A DNA stretch of 64,000 bases from Prevotella sp. (GTDB lineage: Bacteria; Bacteroidota; Bacteroidia; Bacteroidales; Bacteroidaceae), in contig JAGCDZ010000102.1 in assembly GCA_017650905.1 (NCBI GenBank), positions 9,629-73,628 of the forward strand, written 5' to 3'. Below are positions 9,645 through 19,907 of this stretch, in pieces (positions within the stretch are counted from its first letter, which is position 1; each line of letters opens with the position of its first letter). The translations under genes were made by a program, and so were the position numbers. The notes under the pieces are model-generated. The model was not told where the DNA came from and did no database searches. It was given only the letters and a program-made list of their open reading frames with translations.

Positions 9645-12600
9645 CTATTGCATGCGCTGCAGACCTTCCCAACGGACATTCCATGTGCCATCTTTTGGGA
9701 AACCTGGATTGAGAGGCTCCTCACAACCATCCCATCCGGCACACATCATAGCAATAGCGGTGAGCAAGGCCCCATTGCCGGGCAGATAGATACGCAGGCG
9801 GTCGGCCGTCTGGAAGTTATGGCCATTTTTCAGGTAGGTATTCTTCTGCGTATCGATCAGTAGAGCCTTTAGGGCGGTCTCCGGTTCACCAAGACGGGCG
9901 GCGCACATGGCAATCATACCATAGTCCCAACCCCAGGTGGTTTGCCAGTTCCAGTGCTTCATCACCCAGTCAAGCGTCTGTTTCATCTTCTCCTTATCAT
10001 ATAACAAGGTATACGATGTGCGCGTGCTGGGTAACATGCCACAGGCACCGAGGACGGCAGGATGGTCGTTGCGGATCTTATCGGCAAAAGTCTCTGATTG
10101 ACGACTGGTGCTCACCATCGTCTTTTCAGAGGCGTGGCTCTTTGGCTTTTCTCCACTCAATTCCACCGTGTCGAAGGGATCGAAACTTTCTAAGTTGTCA
10201 GTCGCACCCGAAGGCAGACCGGCGGTATAGATACCCTTCGTCTCAGGTAGTGAGGCGAGTTTGGCGATGATCTTATCCCATTGTGCGTGGCGGGTTTTTC
10301 CCTGACGTTCACGCCATTGGTTGGCGACAGAGAGACCATATTGCCAATAGGCGAGTTCGAAGGGCTGGTTAAAGGATATATCCTTGGTCATGCACTCTTG
10401 CATGGAGGTGCTTCCCTTCAGATAGAACTGTTGTTTTTTCTCATCAAAACTGACGAAGTCGGCCATGAACTCGGCGGTGGCCTCAACTTGTTCGCCGTAT
10501 TTCTGCAAGGTCTCTTCCGATGGGTTTACACGATACATCTCTTCAGCCAAGTAGATATAGTGGGGCTGCTGCCAGATGAGGAAAGAGCCGGTATTCGAGG
10601 GGGCCTCACCTGCCCAAGGGTCGGTCATCTTCATCCAACGCACGCCTTTGAAGCCCTGACGCTCAGCAATCTTTCTGGCCACGGGGTAGGCGGCGTTATT
10701 ATACCATTCGAGCATCTGACGGATATTCTCGGGATGATTCCACAGGGCAAAGTCAACGGCATGCCACCAGGTCATTTCCAGATGAGGACGACCAAACCAG
10801 GAGTTATAGGTCAGCCCCGTCTCCTGAGGGGGCATGTTGTTAGCACAGTTGATTTGTGTGAGATATTGTGACAAGACAACACGACGCTCCAGTTCCTGGG
10901 CTCTGGAATCAGTGCATTGCGAGAAATCAACAATGGCACCCGATTGCCAGAAACGATGCCAATAGCTTTGGGTAGTCTTGTGGTAGTTGCTGTAATCAAA
11001 GGGGGAATTTCCAGTTGTTCTCGGATTTTCAGGAGAATACTCTGCAGAGAAAGTGAGGACATCGTCGGTGGTTGAGAGCTCGAAATGATGGCGGTCACAC
11101 TCCTGAAGAGTGGCATTGCCAGACCAGGTTAGCATCACGTAATATCTGGTGGCATCAAGCGTGCGCTCGATGATGGCCGAATGGGCGTTTTGGGCGATGA
11201 TGGTCGACTGGTGCTTTTCCGGTTTGCTCCAGTCATTGGCATCATCGGCATGCTTGCCAGTGGGGTAGGAGAAACGAAGGGAGATGGTTGCGCGCTGGTC
11301 TTTCAGCAAGTTGCTCTTGACCCTGGCAAACAAGGCATCCTTCTGAGGATGGACACCTGTAGAAACTTCCACGGTCTCACCATCAGCTTTGAAGGACGAT
11401 TCTATCTCTCCATCCCAGAGAAGAAGCGACTGCTGAGGCTGCTTCAATGCAGTCAGGGGAATGGACTCACCTTTGGAATCCTTAAGGCTCAGACCAATGG
11501 TCCCGAGGTTCAAACGGTGGGGATTGACACGGAAATACTCTGTGGCTTTTTTGTGACGACCGTCTTCATTCTTCTTGAATTCTACGGCATAAACCTCCGG
11601 GTGTCCATGCCCGAAATCATAAGACTTCTCCGACTCAGAAGGCTGCAGGTTGTTGGTGTTTTCGAATTGGTGCCAGCCCCAGTCGGACATGGCATTCAGG
11701 GGCACACCTGCCCCATATTCAAAAGGGTAGCTCTGCAGACCGGTGATATCGACGGTGGTGGCAAAATGCCCATTACCCACGCTGAGTGAAGCCAAAGGGT
11801 CGGCCTCTGTAATCAGGGGGTTATGACGCGTCACGACGGCTTGCCTGTCGATAGCAGCCGTCGTGTTCTCTGTGTTATAGCCTAATTTCTCCATTTCAAG
11901 CGAGGCCCAGATAAATGGCCCCACGCCCTTGGCATCATTGTCGCGGATGGGTTCCGATAGGTAGTATTGGAAACCTCCATCACGCCGTTTGTTCTCCTTC
12001 ACACTGCCTTTGGGATTTATTTTCTTCATGGCAGCCTCTACCTCAGGCGTGGCAGCAGGTCCAAGACCGGCTACAGCACAACAGTTAGTGAGTGAGATGG
12101 TCTTGTCTTCATTCACACGAATCATATTGTTGATGATACCTTTATAGGCCTTGATGCCTGCGTCGCGGTATTTGGTGCCGAGATAACCCTTGTTGTAGGC
12201 CTTCAGAAGCACATAGGCAAACATCGATGTCACTGTTGACTCCAGATAATTACCTTCGCGTTCGGGAGAGTCCATCACCTGATACCAGGTGCCTGTCTTC
12301 TTGTCTTGCCACTTGATGATGGCATCGAGGTCCTTCTGCAGCAGGTCGATGACCTCCTGACGACGGGCATAGTCTTCTGGTAGGGCATCAAGTACTTCAA
12401 TCAGAGCCATTGAGTACCAACCTTGGGCACGTCCCCAACAATGTTGCGATAGCCCCGTCTCCTTGTCAGCCCAGAAGGTATTGCGGGTCTCGTCGTAGGC
12501 ATGACGGTTAAGCCCGGTCTTGGGATCGAGCGTACGCTCATAGGTAATCTTCAGCTGATTCACCGCATCGTCGTAGATGGCATTGACCGGAGATGCCTTG

Positions 12601-14525
12601 GAATCCCGGGTATTCCGGGTTTTCTGGGCCTTTTCTGTTATGGGGGCGGTCAGACAACGGAAGGGAAGTCCCATGAAGATACCGTCGAGCCACACCTGAT
12701 AAGCATAGATGGCCTTGTGCCAGAATACCTTATCGACCTTGGTTCGTGGCTGGTCTTTCAACTGCTTCATCATGGTCTGCATGGCGATAAGGTTCTTCTT
12801 CTCAGGATAGAGGTTGTACATACGGGTCACGAAATGACCGGTACGGACATTGTCGAGATTGTAGTCGAGGATATTATAACCCCGGATATCCCCCTTTGCA
12901 TTGATCATCGTGTCAGTATATTCCTGACAGTACTGACGGATAGCCTCGCCACCATAGGTCAGGTAGGTATCCAACATTCCCTCGAGCTCGATACCCATCA
13001 CATAACTCCACTTGGGGTGGGTGGAGAAGTCGAGCAGGTAACTCTTCGGCACACGCTTCATCTCACTGTATGTGAGCCACTCACTGTAGTGCTTGTAGGG
13101 CATCTCCGTCAAGGCCAGAGACCCATTGACAAAGAGATTCTCAAATTTCACGTTACGTGTCTTGCCGGAAGAGAAATTGCCAGACTGGACACCATTGAAC
13201 TTACAGTTCTTTACGAAAATGTCGTACACGTATGTATCTTCCTCGAGACCGATAATCTGAACACCGTACTTTGACTTTTCGCTGGTGACATTCTCCATGT
13301 AGACATTGCGCACTGTGGGATAGTTTCCACGACAACAAATCTCATTATGCTCGTAATCGAGGTTGATCTTCAGTACCGACTCTTTGCAGACGCCCACCTT
13401 CACATCTTTCATGTTGATATTCTCAATAATACCACCTCGACAAGAGTTGGTCTTGATACGCAATACACGCTCAAGTTCGGGAGAGTCCATCACACAGTCG
13501 TGGGCATAGACGTTCTTACAACCACCACTGATCTCACTGCCTATCACCACACCACCGTGACCGTTCTTCATTTCACAGTTGCGGATGATGATGTTCTGCG
13601 AGGGCATGTTACGCTCACGGCCATCACGGTTTCTGCCGCTCTTGATGGCGATGCAATCGTCACCGGTATTGAAGAAACAATCCTCAATCAGTACACGGTC
13701 ACAACACTCGGGGTCACAGCCGTCACCATTAGGACCGTCGTTGATCATCTTCACCCGACGAACAGTAATATCTGTAGAGTGCAGGGGATGGATGACCCAG
13801 AAGGGAGAACGCAAAAGGGTGACATCCTCCAGCAAAATGCCCTCACACTTGTTGAAGTTGACGAGCTGAGGACGCAGACCATCCTGGGGACCAAAGACGC
13901 GCTCAGGACTCCGCTCACCTTTCTCATTATACATGGGGATACCATCCTCACCATTCTTCAAGAGTCTGGCACGGGCACCTTTGTTCTGCGCAGGACCTTC
14001 CTTGTAACCGAAACGCGCATTGCCAACCCAGGGCCACCATGTTTCTCTGGAGCCGCCTCCATCGATAGTACCCTTACCGGTAATGGCGATATCCTTGGCC
14101 TTGAAGGCATAGACACAGGGAGAGAGGTTAAAGCACTCCAGTCCCTCCCACGAGGTCTCCACGATGGGATAGAGCTCGGGCTCAAAAGCAAATTCCAACA
14201 CAGCACCTTCCTGTACTTCGAGGTTGACTCCACTCTTCAACTGGATGGCACCCGTCAGAAACTTGCAGCCAGCAGGCACCACCACCTTACCGCCACCTTT
14301 CTTTGAACAAAGGTCGATGGCTTTCTGAATGGCCTTCTGGTTCTTCGCAGCTGTCGCGTCGGTCTTTGCGCCGTATTTGGTGATCAGATACGTCTTGTCT
14401 GCAAACTGAGGCACACGGATGCTCTGTTCAATCTGCTTGTACTGGGCTTGGTCCCAATTCTGGGCATGGGCCATAGCCGGCATCAGCAGACAGAGCATCA
14501 AAATTTGAAATAGTCTCTTCATCAT
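9645..14525 (-). CDS. Trimodular pectin enzyme: GH28 polygalacturonase + GH105 unsaturated rhamnogalacturonyl hydrolase + six-hairpin glycosidase-like domain
   Basis: GH28 NGDG, GDD, GHG and RIK motifs; GH105 YNLDN, FWHK, QVWLDG, WGRAQGW; third domain IDRQAVVTRHNP...SVGNG...WGWDY...YLPGNG. Confidence 0.88.
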   Translation of the reverse strand: MMKRLFQILMLCLLMPAMAHAQNWDQAQYKQIEQSIRVPQFADKTYLITKYGAKTDATAAKNQKAIQKAIDLCSKKGGGKVVVPAGCKFLTGAIQLKSGVNLEVQEGAVLEFAFEPELYPIVETSWEGLECFNLSPCVYAFKAKDIAITGKGTIDGGGSRETWWPWVGNARFGYKEGPAQNKGARARLLKNGEDGIPMYNEKGERSPERVFGPQDGLRPQLVNFNKCEGILLEDVTLLRSPFWVIHPLHSTDITVRRVKMINDGPNGDGCDPECCDRVLIEDCFFNTGDDCIAIKSGRNRDGRERNMPSQNIIIRNCEMKNGHGGVVIGSEISGGCKNVYAHDCVMDSPELERVLRIKTNSCRGGIIENINMKDVKVGVCKESVLKINLDYEHNEICCRGNYPTVRNVYMENVTSEKSKYGVQIIGLEEDTYVYDIFVKNCKFNGVQSGNFSSGKTRNVKFENLFVNGSLALTEMPYKHYSEWLTYSEMKRVPKSYLLDFSTHPKWSYVMGIELEGMLDTYLTYGGEAIRQYCQEYTDTMINAKGDIRGYNILDYNLDNVRTGHFVTRMYNLYPEKKNLIAMQTMMKQLKDQPRTKVDKVFWHKAIYAYQVWLDGIFMGLPFRCLTAPITEKAQKTRNTRDSKASPVNAIYDDAVNQLKITYERTLDPKTGLNRHAYDETRNTFWADKETGLSQHCWGRAQGWYSMALIEVLDALPEDYARRQEVIDLLQKDLDAIIKWQDKKTGTWYQVMDSPEREGNYLESTVTSMFAYVLLKAYNKGYLGTKYRDAGIKAYKGIINNMIRVNEDKTISLTNCCAVAGLGPAATPEVEAAMKKINPKGSVKENKRRDGGFQYYLSEPIRDNDAKGVGPFIWASLEMEKLGYNTENTTAAIDRQAVVTRHNPLITEADPLASLSVGNGHFATTVDITGLQSYPFEYGAGVPLNAMSDWGWHQFENTNNLQPSESEKSYDFGHGHPEVYAVEFKKNEDGRHKKATEYFRVNPHRLNLGTIGLSLKDSKGESIPLTALKQPQQSLLLWDGEIESSFKADGETVEVSTGVHPQKDALFARVKSNLLKDQRATISLRFSYPTGKHADDANDWSKPEKHQSTIIAQNAHSAIIERTLDATRYYVMLTWSGNATLQECDRHHFELSTTDDVLTFSAEYSPENPRTTGNSPFDYSNYHKTTQSYWHRFWQSGAIVDFSQCTDSRAQELERRVVLSQYLTQINCANNMPPQETGLTYNSWFGRPHLEMTWWHAVDFALWNHPENIRQMLEWYNNAAYPVARKIAERQGFKGVRWMKMTDPWAGEAPSNTGSFLIWQQPHYIYLAEEMYRVNPSEETLQKYGEQVEATAEFMADFVSFDEKKQQFYLKGSTSMQECMTKDISFNQPFELAYWQYGLSVANQWRERQGKTRHAQWDKIIAKLASLPETKGIYTAGLPSGATDNLESFDPFDTVELSGEKPKSHASEKTMVSTSRQSETFADKIRNDHPAVLGACGMLPSTRTSYTLLYDKEKMKQTLDWVMKHWNWQTTWGWDYGMIAMCAARLGEPETALKALLIDTQKNTYLKNGHNFQTADRLRIYLPGNGALLTAIAMMCAGWDGCEEPLNPGFPKDGTWNVRWEGLQRMQ

Positions 14526-14538
14526 TTGTATTTAGTAA

Positions 14539-14602
14539 TTTAGTTCGTAGTTTCACGATTCGTTTGCAAAGATACGAATAAATCGTGAGACTACGAACTA
14601 AA
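14539..14602. repeat. 22-bp inverted repeat (21/22) enclosing the -7 box (TATCTTTG, minus strand, 14567-14574) of the GH28-GH105 gene
   Basis: TTTAGTTCGTAGTTTCACGATT ... AATCGTGAGACTACGAACTAAA. Confidence 0.8.
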
Positions 14603-14614
14603 GATGTGTAAAAA

Positions 14615-14630
14615 ATAACGTAAACGTTAT
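14615..14630. promoter_or_regulatory. Putative operator ATAACGTAAACGTTAT
   Basis: Palindrome sharing CGTAAACGTT with the 7537 site. Confidence 0.5.
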
Positions 14631-15406
14631 CTTTTCAGTGCTTCGAGCAGGTCGTCGAGGGCTTTTTCTGCGTCGCCGTTTGACTCATTCAGAAGGCTGA
14701 CGAACTTCGAACCGATGATGGCACCAGCGGCATTGTCTTGGGCAGCTTTCAGCGTCTGCGCGTTGGAGATGCCAAAGCCAATCATGCGGGGATTGCGCAG
14801 GTTCATGGCATTGATCCTGCGGAAATAGGCCTGCTTCTGGTCATCGAAACTCTTCTGTGTACCGGTGATCGAGGCCGACGATACCATATAGATAAAACCA
14901 TCGGTATGGTCATCGATGAAACGGATACGCTCCTCGCTGGTCTCCGGCGTGATGAGCATGATGATACGCAGGTCGTATTTGTCAGCGATGGGCTTGACGA
15001 GGTTCAGATAGTCGTCGAAGGGCAGGTCGGGGATGATGGCACCACTGACACCTGCTGCGACACAACTCTGGCAGAAGGCCTCAATGCCGTAGTGCAGAAT
15101 GGGGTTCAGATAACCCATGAGTACCAAAGGAATCTCCACCTGGTCCTTGATGGCCTCCAATTGTGCGAAAAGCTTGCTGAGGGTCATTCCGTTCTTTAGG
15201 GCTTTAGTGGCGGCACTCTGAATGACAGGTCCGTCAGCCAGAGGGTCACTGAAAGGAATACCTACTTCCACCATAGCGATACCCTTGCGTTGCATAGCGA
15301 GAATCACATCTGCAGTGCCCTCTAATGTGGGACAGCCTGCACAGAAATAGAGCGAAAGGAACTTTTGGTCCTTGCTATTGTCGAAAAGCTGATTAATCTT
15401 ATTCAT
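14627..15406 (-). CDS. trpA: Tryptophan synthase alpha subunit
   Basis: [29 protein letters not shown]. Confidence 0.97.
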   Translation of the reverse strand: MNKINQLFDNSKDQKFLSLYFCAGCPTLEGTADVILAMQRKGIAMVEVGIPFSDPLADGPVIQSAATKALKNGMTLSKLFAQLEAIKDQVEIPLVLMGYLNPILHYGIEAFCQSCVAAGVSGAIIPDLPFDDYLNLVKPIADKYDLRIIMLITPETSEERIRFIDDHTDGFIYMVSSASITGTQKSFDDQKQAYFRRINAMNLRNPRMIGFGISNAQTLKAAQDNAAGAIIGSKFVSLLNESNGDAEKALDDLLEALKR

Positions 15407-15415
15407 ATACCTTAA

Positions 15416-16066
15416 TTATTTAATTAACTGTTCCAGAAATGTCTTGAGTCGGTGGATATCCTTGAGGCCAGGGGAGACTTCGAAGCGGGAATTCAAATCG
15501 ATGCCGATACATTGTGGGTGGTAGAAAGCCTGAATACGCTCTGCATCCTCCGGACCGATACCTCCACTCAGCAGGAAGGGAGTGTTGCCTTGATAGGCGG
15601 TTAGCACATCCCAATCGAACTGGATACCATTGCCTCCCACGGAAGGTCCCTTAGTGTCGAAGAGAAAATAGTCCACCTGACCCTCATAGGCCCTGGTCTG
15701 TTCCAAATCACTGGCCGTGGCGATGCTGAAGGCCTTAATCAACTGTGGAGGGATAGTGGAAGAACCCTGATTGGTGATGGCCTGACGCAATCGGTTGATG
15801 TCGGTCGTCGACTCATGTCCATGCAACTGAATGTAGTCGAGACCATAGAGACGGCTGATACTGACAATCTTCTCTGGGGCCTCGTCGACAAAGACACCCA
15901 CCCGTTTGATGTTCCGGGGCAGATACTCAGGACGTTCATTGACATAACGGCTCGACTTGGGCCAGAAAATCAGTCCGAGCCAGTTGATATCCAGGGTTGA
16001 CAGCTCCCGGATATTCGCTGCCTCACGCATGCCACATACCTTGATCATTAATTCTTCACGCTTCAT
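15416..16066 (-). CDS. trpF: Phosphoribosylanthranilate isomerase
   Basis: IKVCG, IQLHG, FDT..GGNG, LSGGI, DLNSRFE. Confidence 0.95.
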   Translation of the reverse strand: MKREELMIKVCGMREAANIRELSTLDINWLGLIFWPKSSRYVNERPEYLPRNIKRVGVFVDEAPEKIVSISRLYGLDYIQLHGHESTTDINRLRQAITNQGSSTIPPQLIKAFSIATASDLEQTRAYEGQVDYFLFDTKGPSVGGNGIQFDWDVLTAYQGNTPFLLSGGIGPEDAERIQAFYHPQCIGIDLNSRFEVSPGLKDIHRLKTFLEQLIK

Positions 16067-16075
16067 CTTAATCAA

Positions 16076-16864
16076 TTATAGTTGTTGAATAAAGGCTTGT
16101 AACGCCTCCCCAGGATGGGTACTCTTCATAAAATGCTCTCCCATCAGGAAACCACGGAAACCTGCCGAACGAAGCTGCTTCACAATCAGAGGGTCGGAAA
16201 GCCCACTCTCACTCACTTTCACAGCCTCCTTGGGCAGGTACTCTGCCAGTCGGAAAGACGTCTCGACATCGGTTACAAACGATCCTAAATGACGATTATT
16301 GATGCCACAGAGATCGGGTTCCTGTTCGGCATATTCGAGCTCTTCCTGGGCGTGCATCTCCAATAGCACCTCTAAACCCAACTCATGGGCAGTCTGCTGT
16401 AGTGACCGACAGTCGGCCTTTGTCAGACATGCAGCAATCAACAGCACAGCAGAGGCGCCACAAAGACGGGCTTGGAACAACTGATACTCGTCGATGACGA
16501 AGTTCTTATAGAGGATGGGAATCTTCACACCTTGATAACGGGCGATGCGGATAAACTCATCACAACCCCCGAAATAGTGCTCGTCGGTCAGAATGGAGAG
16601 AGCGGCAGCACCATGCTGCTGATAGCTCAGGGGAATCTCTTCGGCCTTGCCTTCTTCCTTGATCCAACCTTTCGAAGGCGACTTACGCTTGAACTCGGCG
16701 ATAATGCCACTGTCAGATTCGCAGAGGGCCTTTGATATCGAAGGGGCGCTGAAGTCTAAAATGACCTCCACCTGACGATGTAACTGCGAGGGAGGAACCA
16801 CTTGTTTGAATTGTTCCACTTCCACACGCTTATGCGCCACGATCTCCTGTAAAATATCCTTCAT
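16076..16864 (-). CDS. trpC: Indole-3-glycerol phosphate synthase
   Basis: IAEFKRKSPSKG, SILTD..FGG, GINNR, VSESG. Confidence 0.96.
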   Translation of the reverse strand: MKDILQEIVAHKRVEVEQFKQVVPPSQLHRQVEVILDFSAPSISKALCESDSGIIAEFKRKSPSKGWIKEEGKAEEIPLSYQQHGAAALSILTDEHYFGGCDEFIRIARYQGVKIPILYKNFVIDEYQLFQARLCGASAVLLIAACLTKADCRSLQQTAHELGLEVLLEMHAQEELEYAEQEPDLCGINNRHLGSFVTDVETSFRLAEYLPKEAVKVSESGLSDPLIVKQLRSAGFRGFLMGEHFMKSTHPGEALQAFIQQL

Positions 16865-16867
16865 GTT

Positions 16868-17878
16868 TTATGAGTTCAGTTCTACGAATTTCTTGAAAGT
16901 TTTCAGGGCTGCGCCACTGTCGATGCTCTCACGGGCAATTTCGATGCATTCCTCAATACTCTTCTTTCCCTTCTCCAATACTTGAATACCAAAGCCTGCA
17001 TTGGCCAGTACGATGTTCTTCTGTGCAGGCAAAGCGCGGTTCTCCAAAACGGAGTCGAAGATGGCTGCAGCCTCTTCTTCTGTGGCACCTCCCACCAGTT
17101 CCTCTGGCTTGGCGATGGCAAAACCGAGGTCCTGGGGTTTGAAGATACGCTCGTAACTGTTGGTCGTCACTTTGAAATCGCCTGTCAGCGAGATCTCATC
17201 GTAGCCGTCAATGGAGTTCACGATGCCATAGTCGATGCCCAACTTCTGATACACACTGTTGTAGAGTCGCATCTGGTCGAGATTGGCCACACCCAACAAC
17301 TGGCACTTGGGTTGCGAGGGATTGACGATGGGGCCTAAGAGGTTGAAGATAGTGGGGAACTGCAGGGCTTTGCGGATAGGCCCCACAAACTTCATGGCCT
17401 TGGCGAACAACTGGGCATGCAGATATACGATACCAGCCTCATCCAGTGAACGGTTCAGTTTGTCGATGTCATCGGTAAATTTGATGCCATGGTGCTGAAT
17501 GACGTTCGAGGCACCACTGACGGAGGTGGCGGCATAGTTGCCATGCTTGGCTACCTTATAGCCTGCTCCTGCAATCACAAAACATGCGGTGGTTGAAATA
17601 TTGAAGGTGTTCTTACGATCTCCGCCAGTACCTACTACATCGATATAGCGGTCTGCCTTCAGAATGGCTGATACACCGGTTTCAAGGATGCCATCGCGAA
17701 AACCCAGAAGCTCATCGACGGTGACGCCTCTCATCTGCAGACAGGTGAGCAGGGCAGTAATCTGTTCATTGGGATACTCACTGTGGGTGATACCAATCAA
17801 AATCGTTTTCATCTCTTCACGAGACAGTTCCTCGTGGTTCAGCAACCTGAAGAGGTAGCTTTTCATTGTCTGTTCCAT
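16868..17878 (-). CDS. trpD: Anthranilate phosphoribosyltransferase
   Basis: DVVGTGGD..TFNIST, KHGN, FNLLGP, DGYDE. Confidence 0.96.
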   Translation of the reverse strand: MEQTMKSYLFRLLNHEELSREEMKTILIGITHSEYPNEQITALLTCLQMRGVTVDELLGFRDGILETGVSAILKADRYIDVVGTGGDRKNTFNISTTACFVIAGAGYKVAKHGNYAATSVSGASNVIQHHGIKFTDDIDKLNRSLDEAGIVYLHAQLFAKAMKFVGPIRKALQFPTIFNLLGPIVNPSQPKCQLLGVANLDQMRLYNSVYQKLGIDYGIVNSIDGYDEISLTGDFKVTTNSYERIFKPQDLGFAIAKPEELVGGATEEEAAAIFDSVLENRALPAQKNIVLANAGFGIQVLEKGKKSIEECIEIARESIDSGAALKTFKKFVELNS

Positions 17879-17908
17879 ATCTATAAACTATTAACTTTAA
17901 ACTATATA

Positions 17909-18472
17909 CTAAAGAAACATCCAGTTTTGTATCATCTTCTTTCCTTCTGGGGTAAGTACGCTCTCTGGATGGAATTGGATGCCTCTCACATTCAGAGTCT
18001 TGTGCCGGAGTGCCATAATCTGACCCTCGGGACTCTCGGCGGTCACTTCCAGACACTCAGGCAGACCTTCACGAGACACCACCCATGAGTGATAGCGTCC
18101 GATAGTGATTACCCGCTCCAAACCGCTGAAAATGGGGTCGTCGGCGATGATGTGGCAGGGTGTCGCTACCCCGTGGAATACGTCGGAGAGGTTTTCCAAC
18201 TGTCCACCAAACACCTCACCAATGGCCTGATGGCCTAAGCAGACGCCTAAGATAGGCTTTTTACCGGCATAGGTCCGGATGACATCCAATAGTAATCCTG
18301 CCTCAGAAGGGATGCCTGGGCCTGGCGAGAGTACAATCTTATTATATTGCTCCAACTCTTCCAACTTAAACTGGTCATTGCGCAGAACAGTCACCTCTGC
18401 TCCCAGTTCTTTGATCAAATGACTCAGGTTGTAGGTAAACGAGTCATAATTGTCTATAATCACTACTTTCAT
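17909..18472 (-). CDS. trpG: Anthranilate synthase component II (glutamine amidotransferase)
   Basis: IDNYDSFTYN, SPGPG, GVCLGHQ, QFHPES. Confidence 0.96.
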   Translation of the reverse strand: MKVVIIDNYDSFTYNLSHLIKELGAEVTVLRNDQFKLEELEQYNKIVLSPGPGIPSEAGLLLDVIRTYAGKKPILGVCLGHQAIGEVFGGQLENLSDVFHGVATPCHIIADDPIFSGLERVITIGRYHSWVVSREGLPECLEVTAESPEGQIMALRHKTLNVRGIQFHPESVLTPEGKKMIQNWMFL

Positions 18473-18476
18473 ATCC

Positions 18477-19877
18477 TTACATTTTTTCAGCCATCAATAT
18501 TGCACGACGCAGGGCACCGAGTTTGTTGTTCACTTCCTGCAGTTCATATTCCACATCACTCTTGGCAACAATACCGCCACCAGCCTGGAACCACAATTCA
18601 CCATTCCTCGAGACAAACGTACGAATGGTAATGGCCTGGTTCAGCGAACCATCGAGGCCAATCATACCGATACACCCGCCGTAGGCACCACGGTTGTGGG
18701 GCTCGTATTCAGAGATCAACTGCATGGCTCTCACCTTGGGCGCACCACTCAGCGTACCTGCCGGGAAGGTGTCGATAAAGGCCTTGATAGGATCTGCACC
18801 CTCATCCAACTCGCCACTGACGCGAGAGACAAGATGAATCACGTGACTATAATATTGCAGGTCCTTGTAAAAATCCACCTTCACGTGATGACAATTTCGG
18901 CTCAGGTCATTACGGGCCAGGTCTACCAGCATCACATGCTCGGCATTCTCCTTGGGATCATTGCGCAGATATTCAGCACCCTGTTTGTCTGCCTCGATAT
19001 CACCCGTACGTTTGGTGGTGCCTGCAATGGGATCAATATAAGCCACATATCTCTCACCTCTAACAATCCTACAATGCGTCTCTGGTGAGGAACCGAAGAT
19101 CCTGAAGCCTCCGAAGTCGAAGTAGAAAAGGTAGGGTGAGGGGTTAATGCTTCTCAGGGCTCGGTAGAGCTTGAAATCGTCGCCCTCATACTTCTGGATA
19201 AATCGTCGGCTGAGTACGATTTGGAATACATCACCACGCAGACAATGTTGAATTCCTTTACGGATATTAGCCTTGTGTTCCTCATCGGTCAAGGTACTCG
19301 AAACCTCGCCTACAGGATGGAAGTCATAGGCCTTCACGTTGGCTTTGTTCATGGCCTTCAGGATTGTATCTATTTCCTCGGACTCTCCTAAAGTTACCAC
19401 CTTCAGAGTGTTGTTGTGGTGGTCGAAAACAATGACAGTCTTATATAAGATATATAATAAGTCAGGTGCATCGTTTTTGGCTTGGGTCTCATCCTTGACG
19501 GGGATGTTTTCAAAGTATCTGACAGCATTAAATGAAGTATATCCATACAATCCGCAAAACTCTGATTCCGGGCCTTTTACTTTAATACATTGAAGAAGTG
19601 CGTTAATAGCCTTGTCAGTCTGGTAATCTGGACTGATTTTCTGCTCCATGACGCTTCCATCAGGATAGCTGACAGTGGCTGTTCCATGACCAACAGCCAC
19701 GCTGGCGATGGGTTGGATACCGATGAACGATCGGGCATTGCTCCTGTCGTGATAGTCGGAACTCTCCATGAGCGCACTCTGCGGATAGAGGTCTCTCAGT
19801 CGCATATAAACCCCCACTGGCGTATACAGATCCGCCAGGATGGTTTGACTCTTGGTGGTATATTCAAATGTCTTCAT
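18477..19877 (-). CDS. trpE: Anthranilate synthase component I
   Basis: NPSPY, GSSPE, PIAGT, EHVMLVDLARND, FPAGTLSGAPK. Confidence 0.96.
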   Translation of the reverse strand: MKTFEYTTKSQTILADLYTPVGVYMRLRDLYPQSALMESSDYHDRSNARSFIGIQPIASVAVGHGTATVSYPDGSVMEQKISPDYQTDKAINALLQCIKVKGPESEFCGLYGYTSFNAVRYFENIPVKDETQAKNDAPDLLYILYKTVIVFDHHNNTLKVVTLGESEEIDTILKAMNKANVKAYDFHPVGEVSSTLTDEEHKANIRKGIQHCLRGDVFQIVLSRRFIQKYEGDDFKLYRALRSINPSPYLFYFDFGGFRIFGSSPETHCRIVRGERYVAYIDPIAGTTKRTGDIEADKQGAEYLRNDPKENAEHVMLVDLARNDLSRNCHHVKVDFYKDLQYYSHVIHLVSRVSGELDEGADPIKAFIDTFPAGTLSGAPKVRAMQLISEYEPHNRGAYGGCIGMIGLDGSLNQAITIRTFVSRNGELWFQAGGGIVAKSDVEYELQEVNNKLGALRRAILMAEKM

Positions 19878-19907
19878 AATTATCAATTATCAATTGCCAA
19901 TTATCTA

